Both the position numbers and the translations under genes were made by a program. Below the pieces are notes generated by a model. That model did not search any database, was not told where the DNA came from, and worked only from the letters and a program-made list of their open reading frames with translations. Positions 26,074 through 37,576 of a DNA stretch of 64,000 bases are shown here, piece by piece. How positions within the stretch are numbered: the first letter of the stretch is position 1; each line of letters starts with the position of its first letter. Source of the DNA: Octopus vulgaris (Eukaryota); the NCBI GenBank assembly GCA_951406725.2, contig OX597833.1, forward strand, positions 37,138,001 to 37,202,000, written 5' to 3'.

Positions 26074-27150
26074 TATTATTATTATTATTAATTATTAAGG
26101 TGAGCTGGCAGAATTGTTACCACATGGACAAAATGCTTGGTAGTGTTTTTTTCTGCCTCTTTATGTCTTAAGTTCAATTACTACCAGGGTTGATTTTGTC
26201 TTTCATTCTTCAGGCTTGATGAATTAAGTGCCATTCAAATACTGGGCTTGATGTAATCAATTAGCTGTCTTGCCCAAAATTTCAGGCCTCGTTACCATGC
26301 CAGACTAAATGCTCTCTCTTTGTGTTCCAAGTTCAAATGTTGCTGTGGTTGATTTTGCCTTTTATTCTTCTAGGGTCCATAAAATAAGTATCCATTCAGC
26401 ACTGGAGTCAATGTAATCAACTTCCGCTCCTCTCAAAATTGCTGGCTTTGTGATAAAATCGTTGTTAAGATGGCGGACTGGCAGAATTGTTACCATACCA
26501 GACAAAATGCTTAGCGCCATATTGTCCGTTTTTACATTCTGAGTTCAAATGCTATCAAGTTTGACTTTTCTTTTTATTCTTTCAGGGTGGGTGAAATAAA
26601 TAGCAGTTAGGTGCTTGGGTTGATGTAATCAACTAGCTCCCTCCTCTAAAATTTCAGATTTTGTGCCTATAGTAAAGAGGATTATTATTATTATTAAGGT
26701 GGTGAGCTGGCAAAATCGTTAGCCTGACAGTCAAAATGCTTAGTGGCATTTTGTCCATCTTTATGTTCTGAGTTCAAATTCTGCGAAGGTCTCCACTTTG
26801 CCTTTCATCCTTTTGGGGTCAAAAAATAAGTACCAGTTGAATACTGAGGTTGATATAATTGACTAGTGCCCTTCCCCAAATTTCAGGCCTGTGCCTATTG
26901 TAGAAAGGATTTTTATTATTTTTAAAGCGATGAGTTGGCAGAATTGTTAGCACACCAGGGAAAATGCTCAGTGGTATTTCATCCGTTTTTACATCCTGAG
27001 TTCAAATTCTGCCAGAGTTGTCTTTGCCTTTCATCCTTTCGGGGTTGATAAAATAAATACCAGATGAGTACTGGGGTCAGTGTAATTGACTAGTCTTCTC
27101 CTACCAAATCTTAGGCTTTGTGTCTTTAGTAGAAAGGATTATTATTATTT
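25325..27150 (+). mobile_element. Tandem array of ~8 Nin-domain SINE B units
   Basis: Units of ~200-240 bp: GGTGAGCTGGCAGAA..GTTAGC (A-box-like), GAGTTCAAATTC (B box), GACTTTGCCTTTCATCCTTTCGGGGTCGATAAAATAAGTACCAG (Nin-domain-like), (ATT)n tail. Heads near 25327, 25536, 26098, 26470, 26698 and 26926, plus truncated units. Confidence 0.9.
25992..26095. repeat. (CAT)n/(TAT)n trinucleotide repeat
   Basis: Directly visible. Source of the poly-His ORF. Confidence 0.97.
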
Positions 27151-28037
27151 AAAAGTATATTTTCTAAATTTAAATGTCTTTAAATACTTGAAAACTAAAC
27201 TGGATAATTATGATTATTTTAAATAGTAAAGCAAATTTAGCAGTCAATAGTAATAAATCATACTGTATTTCTTTTGTTTTGTATGAATATAGATCGTCGT
27301 TATGATTAATAAGGATAGTGGAGGACATTAAATGGTTGAAATGGTAGGGCATTTGTGGTAGTTAGTTGTGTAATGCGTTCAAACTTACAGAGATCATCTT
27401 TGCCTTTCACCTTTTCAGAATCAGTAAAATGGATATTGTTCAAATAATGTTGTTCATATAATCATCTATACCCTTCCCCAAAATATATTGCTTTGTGTCT
27501 GTTAGAAATCATTTATACTATTGTTTAGACAGTAGATGGCAGAATTAAGAGAGCGCCAGACTAGATGTCTTGCTGGGTTTAGTTATGTCCCTTTACATTG
27601 TGACTTCAAAACCTGCTTTCCATTATTTCAGGGTTGTTAATATAAATACCAAACATATACTGGAGTTGATTTGATCAATTGTCCCCATTCCTCAAAATTT
27701 TTGGCTTCGTGCCAAGACATCGTTATTATTATTATAAAAGGCAATCAAATAGCAGAAACGTAGAGCATTTCTCTGCATTCATAGTTTGATTTTTGCTTTT
27801 CTTTTGTTTGTGGTTGGTAAAAAATACGTATCGGTACTATATTGGTGTTGATTCAATTACTATTGACTTTCTGAAAATTTGTGTTCATCGTCGTCGTTGT
27901 TGTTGTCATTTTAATGTCCACTTTTCCATCCTCGCATGGGTCAGACAAGATTCATTGGGGCAGATTTTCTATGACTAGATGCTCTTTGTGTTACCAATCC
28001 TCACTTGTTTCTAAGCAAGGTAATATTTTCTTTTAAA

Positions 28038-28219
28038 AAGGCGGCAAAGTGGCAGAAACGTTAGCACGCTGGGTGAAATGCGTAGCCGTATTTCGTCTGC
28101 CGTTACGTTCTGAGTTCAAATTCCGCCGAGGTCAACTTTGCCTTTCATCCTTTCGGGGTCGATAAATTAAGTACCAGTTGCACACTGGGGTCGATGTAAT
28201 CGACTTAATCCGTTTGTCT
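28038..28219 (+). mobile_element. Young (CpG-rich) SINE B copy
   Basis: GGCGGCAAAGTGGCAGAAACGTTAGCACGC...GAGTTCAAATTCCGCCGAGGTCAACTTTGCCTTTCATCCTTTCGGGGTCG. Confidence 0.9.
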
Positions 28220-28299
28220 GGACATGTTTTTAAGAGCAATTGCAAAGCACTGTCACTTGTATGACCATATCTGTTCACGTTTAGCACACAATATTACGA

Positions 28300-28482
28300 T
28301 AAAGACAAACACACATAATGGGTTTCTTTTTAGATTCTGTCTATGAAATTTATTCTCAAATTTTTTGGTTAGACCAGGGCTGTAGTAGAAGACATTTGAC
28401 CAAGGTTCCATACCATAGACTGACCCGAAAACCACATAAATAGGGTAGCAAATTGCTTAACCACGCAGCCATGCCTGTGCCT
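28300..28482 (-). mobile_element. SINE family A 5' half, diverged
   Basis: GTAGTAGAAGACATTTGACCAAGG...CTTAACCACGCAGCCATGCCTGTGCC. Confidence 0.7.
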
Positions 28483-29104
28483 GTATAACAGACTACTGTA
28501 AAAGTGAAGTGGTAAAAATTATATTGTTGGACCGAGTGTTTGATAGTATTTAATTTTGTTTTTGAATCTCATCAAAGTTGATAAAATAAATATCAGTCAT
28601 GCATGTACAAGGACCATTTAAACAATGATCAAAGAATTTCCAGTCATAGCCATCCACCTTTAACTTGAGCATTGTGTATATCTAGGATTACATCAGCCAG
28701 TGTGGCCCATCCTTTTTGAAACGACTGTGTGATGTGACGAAGATTTGACTGCTATTTCTAGGAGTTTGAACCACTGTGTAGAGGCTACCTTATTGGCTCA
28801 AGGGTTTAGATGTTAACAAATTGAACTGCATATTTTTACATATAAGTCTAATTTAATTTTGATCATATTGCTGTTATAAATTGATTTTAAAAAATATTCT
28901 AATTTCAGTGGCAATTTATATATGCAAAGCAGTCCCCAGGTTTTATTTGTAATCATCCAAGAACAGTTAATTAGGTTTAAGTTCATATCTAATGTAAGTT
29001 AGTTAAATATTTGTCTTAGTTACTTTATACATTTTTATCTAAATCATCTCAATTATAATTAATAATACTTTATAATAAAGTATAATAAAGATAATATTAA
29101 TGTC

Positions 29105-30845
29105 TTTAGGAGGTACAAGGTCACAAATTTGGGATAAGGGATAAATCAAATTGACCCCAGTACTTGACTGAAACTTTATTTTATCTATCAACCCAGAAAT
29201 GATGAAGGGCCAAGTTGACCACTGCGGAATTTGAACTCATTTTGCCTGGCATGTGAATGATTCTGCCAGCTTGCTGCCTTGATGATGGTAATTATAATAA
29301 TAATACTCAGAGAGCGCAAACCTCCACCAAGGCAACACCAACGTCCTCTCAACAATTAGCCAGAGATGATTTTTAAAATGAGAATATCTGAAATTAACTC
29401 GACTGCTCTCACAAACAAGAATACTAAAAATGAACCCAACCACTCTCAAAGATTAAGTAAAAAAACAGGAAAAATAATCCAGAATCCTTGTCCATTACCG
29501 GATCAATCCCCAAATCTAGTCAGTTTGTGCCAGTCATGAGGTCAAACATCCCTGAAAGTTTCATCCTAATCCATCCAGCAGTTCTTGAGATATCTTGTCC
29601 ATAGACATACAAACATGACTGCAAACAATATCTCTGCCTCCACTAAGGTGGAGGTAATTTACTCAACTGGTGCTTATTTTATCAACCCTGAAGGGATGAA
29701 AGGCAAAGTCGATCTCAGTGGAATTTCAACTTAGAATGTGAAGACGAACAAAATACTGCCAGTCATTTTGCTTGGCATGCTAACAATTCTGCCATTTCAC
29801 CACCTTAATAATAATAATAATAATAATGAAAACAACAACAATAATAATCCTTTTTATTTTAGGCACAAGGCCTGAAATTTTGGTGGTAGACAATTACACT
29901 AACCCCAGTGCTCAACTGGTTTTATTGAAAGGCAAAGTTGACCTCAGCACAATTTAATAATAAAATAATAATAATAATCTTTTCTACAGGAGACACAAGG
30001 CATGAAATTTTGGGACAAGTGGGCTAGTTGATTATATCAACCCCAGTGCATAACTGGTACTTATTTCATCAACCCCAAAAAGATGAAAGGCAAAATTTAC
30101 CTTGGTGGAATTTGAACTCAGGTCATAATGACAGATGAAATGCCTCTAAGCATTTTGCCTGGTGTGCTAACGATTCTGTTAGCTCACCGCCTTAATAATA
30201 ATAGTAATTCTCCTGGAAGCACAAGGCAATCAAGTTTGGAGGAAGGGATTAAGTCAATTACATCAACCCCAGTGCATAACTGGTACTTATTTCATCAACC
30301 CCAAAAGAATGAAAGGCAAAGTCAACCTTGGCAGAATTTGAACTCAGAGCATAGCAGCTGATGAAATACTTATTTCTTTACTACCCATAAGGGGCTAAAC
30401 ACAGAGAGGACAAACAAGGACAGACAAATGGATTAAGTCAATTATATCGATCCCCCAGTGCGTAACTGGTACTTATTTAATCAACTCCGAAAGGATGAAA
30501 CGCAAAGTTGACCTCGACGGAATTTGAACTCAGAACGTGGCGGCAGACGAAATACCGCTAAGCATTTCGCCCAGCATGCTAACGATTCTGCCAGCTCGCC
30601 ACTTTAACAACAGTAATAATAATAAAAATCCTTTCTACTAAAGGCACAAGGACTGAAATTTGTAGAGGTGGGGATAAGTCAATTACATTGACCCTAGTGC
30701 GTAATTGGTACTTATTTTATCAATTCCAAAAGGATGAAAGGCAAAGTCAACCTCAGCGGAATTTGAACTTAAAACATAAAGACCAGTGAAATACCGCTAA
30801 GCATTTTTCCCAACGTGCTGCCGATTCTGCCACCTTGCTGGCTTT
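29105..30845 (-). mobile_element. Tandem array of ~7 SINE B units in reverse orientation
   Basis: Repeated AACTGGTACTTATTT..CC..AAAGGATGAAAGGCAAAGTCAACCTC..GGAATTTGAACTCAG...CTGCCAGCTCGCC, separated by (AAT)n. Interrupted by the element at 29305-29658. Confidence 0.9.
29305..29658 (+). mobile_element. Helentron-associated (HINE/DINE-1-like) non-autonomous element
   Basis: 5' ACTCAGAGAGCGCAAACCTCCACCAAGG. 3' stem-loop CCTCCAC-TAAG-GTGGAGG (29637-29654) followed by TAAT; its 3' arm is complementary to the 5' subterminal ACCTCCACC. No TSD. Inserted in an (AAT)n tail. Confidence 0.7.
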
Positions 30846-32354
30846 TTTAATGATAATAATAATAAATCTAACATTATAATCTGTAGAGAAATAGACAGTG
30901 CATGTTTGTGTGTAAAAATATTAATGAAATATTCCTTAATTTAGATAGAAATAAAAAAGATGGCATAGAAGGCAGACGTTAAATGATGATTAAAAGGTTA
31001 TCAGTCTCATTCTTTTTGATGTTTTGCATACTTGAAGGATATGCTAGATTAATAATTAAGATGACATTAAGTGAATAATGCAGAAGAAAAACATGGTTTA
31101 TTTCTACTGATAGAGAATAAGGTGTTTACTTCTGGAAGTAAACATAAAAAAAGGTTTGGATAGAGATTTTTGGGGTTTTTCCTTATAGATAGCCTTCTAC
31201 TATTTGAGGCAGTTAGTCACTCCGTTAAACTTAGAGTCTCTCTTCATGAGAAACTTGCTTCTCAAACTTTGCCATCCCTGTTTCAATAAGACGAAAGGCC
31301 TTAGTTAATTACTTGATCAAAAGCTTCATAGTTTTGGGAATTTCTTAGTCTTCATCAAATGCTATCATTCAGCTGTAGGTCTCCTCAGGTTACTTCTTCG
31401 GCATGTGATTTGAGTAATCATGTGATGTCATTTTTACAGATGTCAATTTGCTTTTTACCAGTGACGAAGCATAGTTTGCCTAGCGTCAGTTATTTTGTCA
31501 CCTGTAAACCTTTGAAAAGCATGTGCTCTCTTTGAAATGACTGAATCAACCTCTATTTGCAATAAATTCTGCCTTTCAATCACTTTCATTTGTTGCACAT
31601 GCAGTTTTTATTGATGAATTAATTTTAACGTAATTTTATTTTAAAAATTTACAAATATTTTTTTAAAGCCCCTTTGAGTTTATGTTAGGTGAATCTTTAG
31701 TATATTTAAATTTGTTGATAAATGCTAACAGTCTTATTTTTTTATAATGGAATGAACACGAATGTAATCATAATAAATATGTTTCTTAATTTAACAATTG
31801 CATTTGATTAAAACTGATTAATTCAATAAACTTGAATAATTGAGGCCGCAGATATAGAATGTTCAATAAGTCATGTTACATACTGCTTGTATAATGTGGA
31901 ACAACAAATTCAGAACACAATATGTAAATTTCTGAAGTTATGCTAATTTGTTTCTAGTATTTGCTTTATTGACTCTGCAAATATTAAAAAGAGGACAGAA
32001 AAAAAATGTGTGGAAGGAATAAGAACTCTGATCTTATGTTGCTAGAAAATAAGCTGCTGTTTGAAGAAGATTACACTTTTCATTTTAATTCAATATATAT
32101 ATATAGTCTCCTTAATTTTTAAATTTGACTCAATGTTATTTAGTGTACTGAATTATATTTTAAGCTATACGAAATTATGAAGTTTTACTGTTAGGATATT
32201 TTCCTGATCACTAACACAAATTAGTTGTTCTGGTGACTAAGATTCCAACTAGTAACTAAAGATTGCACCTATATTACTTATCTTTAACATTTCGTTTTTG
32301 TTTCAAATGGATAAAGAAAATTAGTATCCACATTTTTTAAAACTATTCTCTTAG

Positions 32355-32425
32355 AAATGAGCTTGATAAAGTCAAGTGTTTTCATCTCCGATCAGTCATC
32401 AATTTACTTATTATTAAAAATGAAG
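32355..32425 (+). other. Candidate 71-nt exon
   Basis: Acceptor TATTCTCTTAG|, donor AAG|GTAAGA. Open frame from ATG 32357 (MSLIKSSVFISDQSSIYLLLKMK). Unsupported otherwise. Confidence 0.25.
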
Positions 32426-33679
32426 GTAAGAAAATAATCACGATTATATGTGATGGATTTCTAGATTTGTAAGTTATTTCTTTCCATTATTTTAACATTC
32501 AAGCTGTATGCCTTCACAAAATTACAGTAACAAAATGTACATTTTGATAAATTGAGATCTACGTTGTTTCTAAATTATACATCCGTTTTTGTATGTAGTA
32601 GTTCTCACTTCTATTGATTGGCTATCTGAGTAGACAAGTTTCTCTCCAACACTCCTATATTTTTTTAAGATCAACATTTTAAATTCTATTTTTCATGTTC
32701 GACTACTTATATTGCCATTCTCGTAATCTCTAATATAACACAGTTGTCTTCCTTGCATACTTAGACTATGACCTCTAAAACCGCATATGTATTCTCAGCT
32801 TATCAATGCCTAATCTGTATCATTAGTTCATATTACATAGCCAATGAATTGTATTTAATTAAATTGCATGCTATGTTCTTGTAGATATCCCAAATCTTAT
32901 TGCCATTTATTATTGTCATAGAATATCACAGCTGCCCTCGTTCCTCAGTTTGCTAATTTTGGTCCTATTCCTTTAAAAAATCATGAGTCTCATTTAAATT
33001 TCACAGTAAAAAGATGTGTGTACGCAATAATTACATTTCAACAAATTAAAATTAACTACCTCTAATATTATTCAACCACTCTTTCTTTTCAGAAGTGCAT
33101 ATAACTTTGAGATTTATTAAATAGAAATAGAGTTTGAAACCAGTCCCTCCTCTAAGAAATATTGATATAGAAATTATGAAATTTGGAATAGCAATGATGT
33201 AAAATCTCTAACAACTTTTAATTGTTTTATATGTATGCGTGTATACATATATGCACACATATCATTTGGCGAATCTGGGTTGGTTCTTATCTCCCCTAGA
33301 TAGGATGCCAGTCTATTGCACGTTACTATTCCTACAAGCTACCAACTTTCTAATTTTAGCATTGGCACTATAACTAGTCGCAAGGTGTTCTTACCCTGTG
33401 CCACCTACACACAAAATAGGTGGACTGGACTATTTTACAATTATGTATTTTAACCATAGACAAAACAATTCTGACAGGAATTGGTTGTCTAATATTCTAA
33501 TGTGTCAGTCATCTACGCATGTTTTCTTCTTTTTCTATCTATTGAGCATTTGAATAAGGTAGGAATAGGCTAACCAAAGGATCAGCATTATCCACTAAGA
33601 GTATTGTTTTTATTTGTGGCTAATGTGGCAATTCCCTAAATGTTTTCCTCTCTCTATATATATATGTATATATATAGAT

Positions 33680-33721
<42 letters not shown>

Positions 33722-34524
33722 TCTTTCATTGACACATCTTTATCAGTTTTCACTGTCAAATAGCATAACAATATCATACTATTTATAAACTTTGAGAATG
33801 CTTTTTCTTTATTTTTTGCAATTCTGAAATGCACATAGAGACGAATTTTGTTTTAGTGAAATTTTTATGGAAGTATTTTAGCTTACATTATGTTGCTTAA
33901 ACTAATTTTATTGGTACAGTGACTCTTTAGAACCGCATTAATCTTAGTAGTTTAATTTGTATGGCTACTTGATGAAAGTTCAAGTCATCTCCATATAAGG
34001 TTATTACTGAAAAGAAAATGCAGAAATGATAGGGAAAAAAAAACTAAAATGGTTTTGATTTCTTGATCTTTATATTGAATTTATTATGGTCATATAATTT
34101 TAGTTGAAACAGCAGTGACTGCATTTTTCTTCGAATATATTGTGAATACTTGAAAGTTTATACATAATGTTGTTTTTAGCGATAATTGTCTAGCTTTTAA
34201 AATATTTTACAAAGATATCTCACTAAGATGCTCTTCTGCCTTTATTGTTTTCATGTTGGTTGGGGAATTTAATGTTTAATAATTTGCATAAATTCTTTTG
34301 GTTGATCTAATATTCTATATGTTTCATTAAAATAATAGCGTAAAAGCTTAAATGAAAATCAAACCATAAAACTAGAGGCTCATGTCTTATACCTTGGGTC
34401 TTTGAATTCCAGTGTTCTTAATCCTTGATAAAGTGAAAGACAAAATTCAAGGGAAATAACTGATGTCTAACATGTAAACTGCTATTCTCAGGAGGCAAGT
34501 AACTCATGTACAGTAAATAATAAT

Positions 34525-34885
34525 AATTTCTAATTTTGGCACAAGGCCAGCAATTTGCGTTGAAGGGGATTAGTTAATTACGTCAACCTCAGTATTTGAC
34601 TGACACTTTAATTTTGTCTATCCCAAAAGAATGACAGGTAGAGTTGGCCTCGGCAGAATTTCAACTTCGAATGTGAAAACCTAGAAGAAATGCTGCTAAC
34701 CATTTTGTCTGAAGTGTTAATGATTCAGCTAGTTCAGTTAATAATAATGATGATAATCCTCTCTGCTATAGACACAGGGCCTGAAATTTTGATGAGAAGG
34801 GACTTGTTGATTACAGCAACCCTAGTACTCAACTGGTACTTATTTCATCAACTCCAAAAGAATGAAAGGCAAAGTCAGCTTGAGC
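34525..34885 (-). mobile_element. Two tandem SINE B units, diverged
   Basis: GGCACAAGGCCAGCAATTT... and AACTGGTACTTATTTCATCAACTCCAAAAGAATGAAAGGCAAAGTC. Confidence 0.75.
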
Positions 34886-35229
34886 AGTACTGGTTTCATT
34901 ATCTTCTCTGTATTATGTATAATTAGTGTCTTATCCATTAGACGATGGGCGGCTTTAGAAATGTACTGTAGCCACCACAGGTAGTATCAGAAAAATATAG
35001 CATGCATACAATATTTGTAATTTAATTCTTATCAAATTTCTTTGTGCTTAATGATGAAATCAATACTAATTTTCAAAACAAAAATATTTATCTTAAAAAA
35101 CAATTAAATACAACATCTAGAAAGTAAACAAAAAGGAAATCAAAATTACTCTTCGCGTTGATTTTATATTATGGAAGTTCACACACAGATTCACCCCAGC
35201 CCACTCTCTCTACATGTGTGTGTATCAAA

Positions 35230-35430
35230 ACGTGACTGCGTGTGTACCATTGGCAATTTTTTCCCCTCTGTCTTCCCTTCTCTGGATCTTTCCTTCTCCT
35301 ATGTTTCCGACGAAGAGCTCTGCTCAAAACATTAAACCCTCCTTCTTTCCTGAGCATCCAATAATACTATAATTGTTCCACGTCCTCGCGTTGTTGTGTT
35401 TTTTTGTGCTGTCTTGTTTGGATTAACTAT
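35230..35430 (+). mobile_element. Penelope-like 3' repeat remnant with decayed hammerhead motif
   Basis: GTTT-CCGACGA-A-GAGC-TCT-GCTC-AAAA-CA-TT-AAAC at 35303-35337, in a pyrimidine-rich context ending in (TA)n. Confidence 0.5.
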
Positions 35431-35438
35431 ATATATAT

Positions 35439-35720
35439 GGAGGCGCAATGACCCAGTGGTTAGGGCAGCGGACTCGCGGTCGTAGGATCGCGGTTTCGAT
35501 TCCCAGACCGGGCATTGTGAGTGTTTATTGAGCGAAAACACCTTAAAGCTCCACGAGGCTCCGGCAGGGGGTGGTGATCCCTGCTGTACTCTTTCTTCTG
35601 TTGCCCTGCTCGCTTAGCCAGCGGGGTGGCGTCATTCGAAGGCTAAAACAATGCAAACGCATTGTGACCAGCGATGTGTAACAACATCTGATGGTCTGGT
35701 CGGTCACGTGATCACGTGAT
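35439..35720 (+). mobile_element. Young tRNA-derived SINE (distinct family), inserted in (TA)n
   Basis: GGAGGCGCAATGACCCAGTGGTTAGGGCAGCGGACTCGCGGTCGTAGGATCGCGGTTTCGATTCCC with A and B boxes. CpG-rich. Ends TCACGTGATCACGTGAT. Confidence 0.9.
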
Positions 35721-35922
35721 ATATATATATACACACACACACACACTCCCTCTCCTTCCACTATAATTCTTTCTTTCTCTCACTTTGTATGTGTATAGCT
35801 TTCATTTATTCACTGCCTGCCACAAAGTCTAGTATGTGTACTCATGTTGCACCTCTATATTGATCTTTTACTTTCTTCCCCCTCACTACCTCTCTCTTTA
35901 TATATATATATATATATTTATA

Positions 35923-36490
35923 TACTGAGTGTGGTGAATAAACTGTTGTCTATTTTACGCAAAAATGAAAATAACACAGACATCTCATTTTAACAGATAT
36001 ATTTACCAAAATTAGATCAAAATATTTTGAACCATTAAAGAGTAAATTTATTCAATAAAATCGCCATTGGCTTCAACAATGGTCTCCGGACGACTTTGGA
36101 ATCTCCTGCAACTCTTCTGGACGGTCTTCTTGTTTAAGTTGGTGAATGCTGCCATAATCCTTGCCTTTAGTGCATCTTTGGTGTTACAAGGAGTTTTGTT
36201 GGTCTCTTGCTCAACTGTGCCCCACACATAATAATCAAGTGGGTTGCAGTGTGGGGAGTTAGGTGGCTAGATGTTAGGGGTGATCTGGTCGCAGAAATTG
36301 TCTGACAGCCATGACTGGGTTCTCTTGCTTGTGTGGCATGGTGCAGAGTCCTGTTGCCAGACTTAGGGTCTTCCAGCAGCCACCCTCTTGACCCAGGGCT
36401 GCACTACCTCCTTCAGGTACTTGATGTAGGCCTCCATGTTGAGTCTGAGGCTGTGTGGGAAGATGAATGGAGGCATAATGTCACCATCAT
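35923..36490 (-). mobile_element. Tc1/mariner DD37D (maT) transposon, 3' remnant
   Basis: 36488-36048 translates DGDIMPPFIFPHSLRLNMEAYIKYLKEVVQPWVKRVAAGRP*VWQQDSAPCHTSKRTQSWLSDNFCDQITPNI*PPNSPHCNPLDYYVWGTVE...EANGDFIE*. There are 37 residues between the 2nd and 3rd catalytic Asp and two in-frame stops. Terminus abuts (TA)n. Confidence 0.92.
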
Positions 36491-36938
36491 GTTTTAAAGC
36501 ATGACTGGAGAATTCAACCAACCAACATTTATTTCAGTTACAATTATACAGAGATTACATTTAGTTGTATTTCAGAGTTTTTAAATTGTTACTCATATGC
36601 AAAGAAATTATCAGATGAAATTCCTTGTGTACACATAATTTATCATTATCCCAAAAATTTGATAAAATATCAATGGCTCATAAGTCAAATATTTAATTAT
36701 GTTGGTAATTGTAGCTTTTCTTTTATATCCCATTGTAATTTTTAGTCTCTCAAAAAGTTTTTCCTTTCTCTCTCTCTATGGGCAACTTTCAATAGGAAAA
36801 TTATTTTCTGAAAAAGGATTTTCATATTGTTTCATCTAGAGTAATTTTCTTTCTTACATTTGTTTTATTCAGGAAAGAATAAATATGAATTTTTAAAATT
36901 CTGCTTCGGAATATTTAACACTTTTAGTTAAATGAAGA

Positions 36939-36983
<45 letters not shown>

Positions 36984-36993
36984 TTTATTTATT

Positions 36994-37366
36994 ATCTTTT
37001 ACTTGTTCCAGTCATTAAACTACAGCCATTCTGGGGCATCACCATGAAGAGTTTTAGTTGAAAAAAACCAGCCCTAGTACTTATCTTTTTTTAAGCTTTC
37101 TTCTTATTCTATCGATCTCTTTTACCAAACCACTACGTTACAGGAATGTGAACAAATCAACACCAGTTGTCAAGTGGTGGTAAGGGACAAACACAAAGAC
37201 ACAAATATATACACACACTCACAAACACACATGATGGGCGGCTTCTTTCAGTTTCCTTGTTTCAAATATATTCCTAGAAGACACTTGCTCAAGGTGCCAT
37301 GCAGTGGGACTGAACCTAGAATCATGTGGTTGGGAAGCAAACTTCTTATCACACAGCCATATGCAC
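36994..37366 (-). mobile_element. SINE family A, diverged
   Basis: Tail TCTTTTACTTGTTCCAGTCATT through head ...CAGTGGGACTGAACC...CACACAGCCAT. Confidence 0.85.
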
Positions 37367-37432
37367 ACTCACATTATTTAGAATGCCATAGCTGAAAGTT
37401 GTCTTGTTCCTTCTACATGGCATACTTTTTAC

Positions 37433-37576
37433 CAGGGGAAGACTGAGCTGTCAGTCTATCAGGCACTGCCCGAGGGCCAGGAGTGCTAGGGGCCCACACT
37501 CTACTAAAACACACATTCAAAAGAGCCTGGTAAACAGTTATGCCCAAGGGCCCTTAATACTCTCAGTCTGCCCCTG
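37433..37576. mobile_element. hAT-type MITE (144 bp)
   Basis: 15-bp TIRs CAGGGGAAGACTGAG / CTCAGTCTGCCCCTG (14/15 match). 8-bp TSD CTTTTTAC / ATTTTTAC (7/8). Confidence 0.88.

Noticed and set aside
25906-26091. Poly-His ORF
   Set aside because: (CAT)n within a SINE array.
25325-30845. CRISPR-like repeat/spacer appearance
   Set aside because: Units are ~230-bp diverged SINEs with no unique spacers. Eukaryotic context, no cas genes.
35439-35515. Possible tRNA gene
   Set aside because: Has A/B boxes but no complete acceptor stem, and continues into a SINE body.
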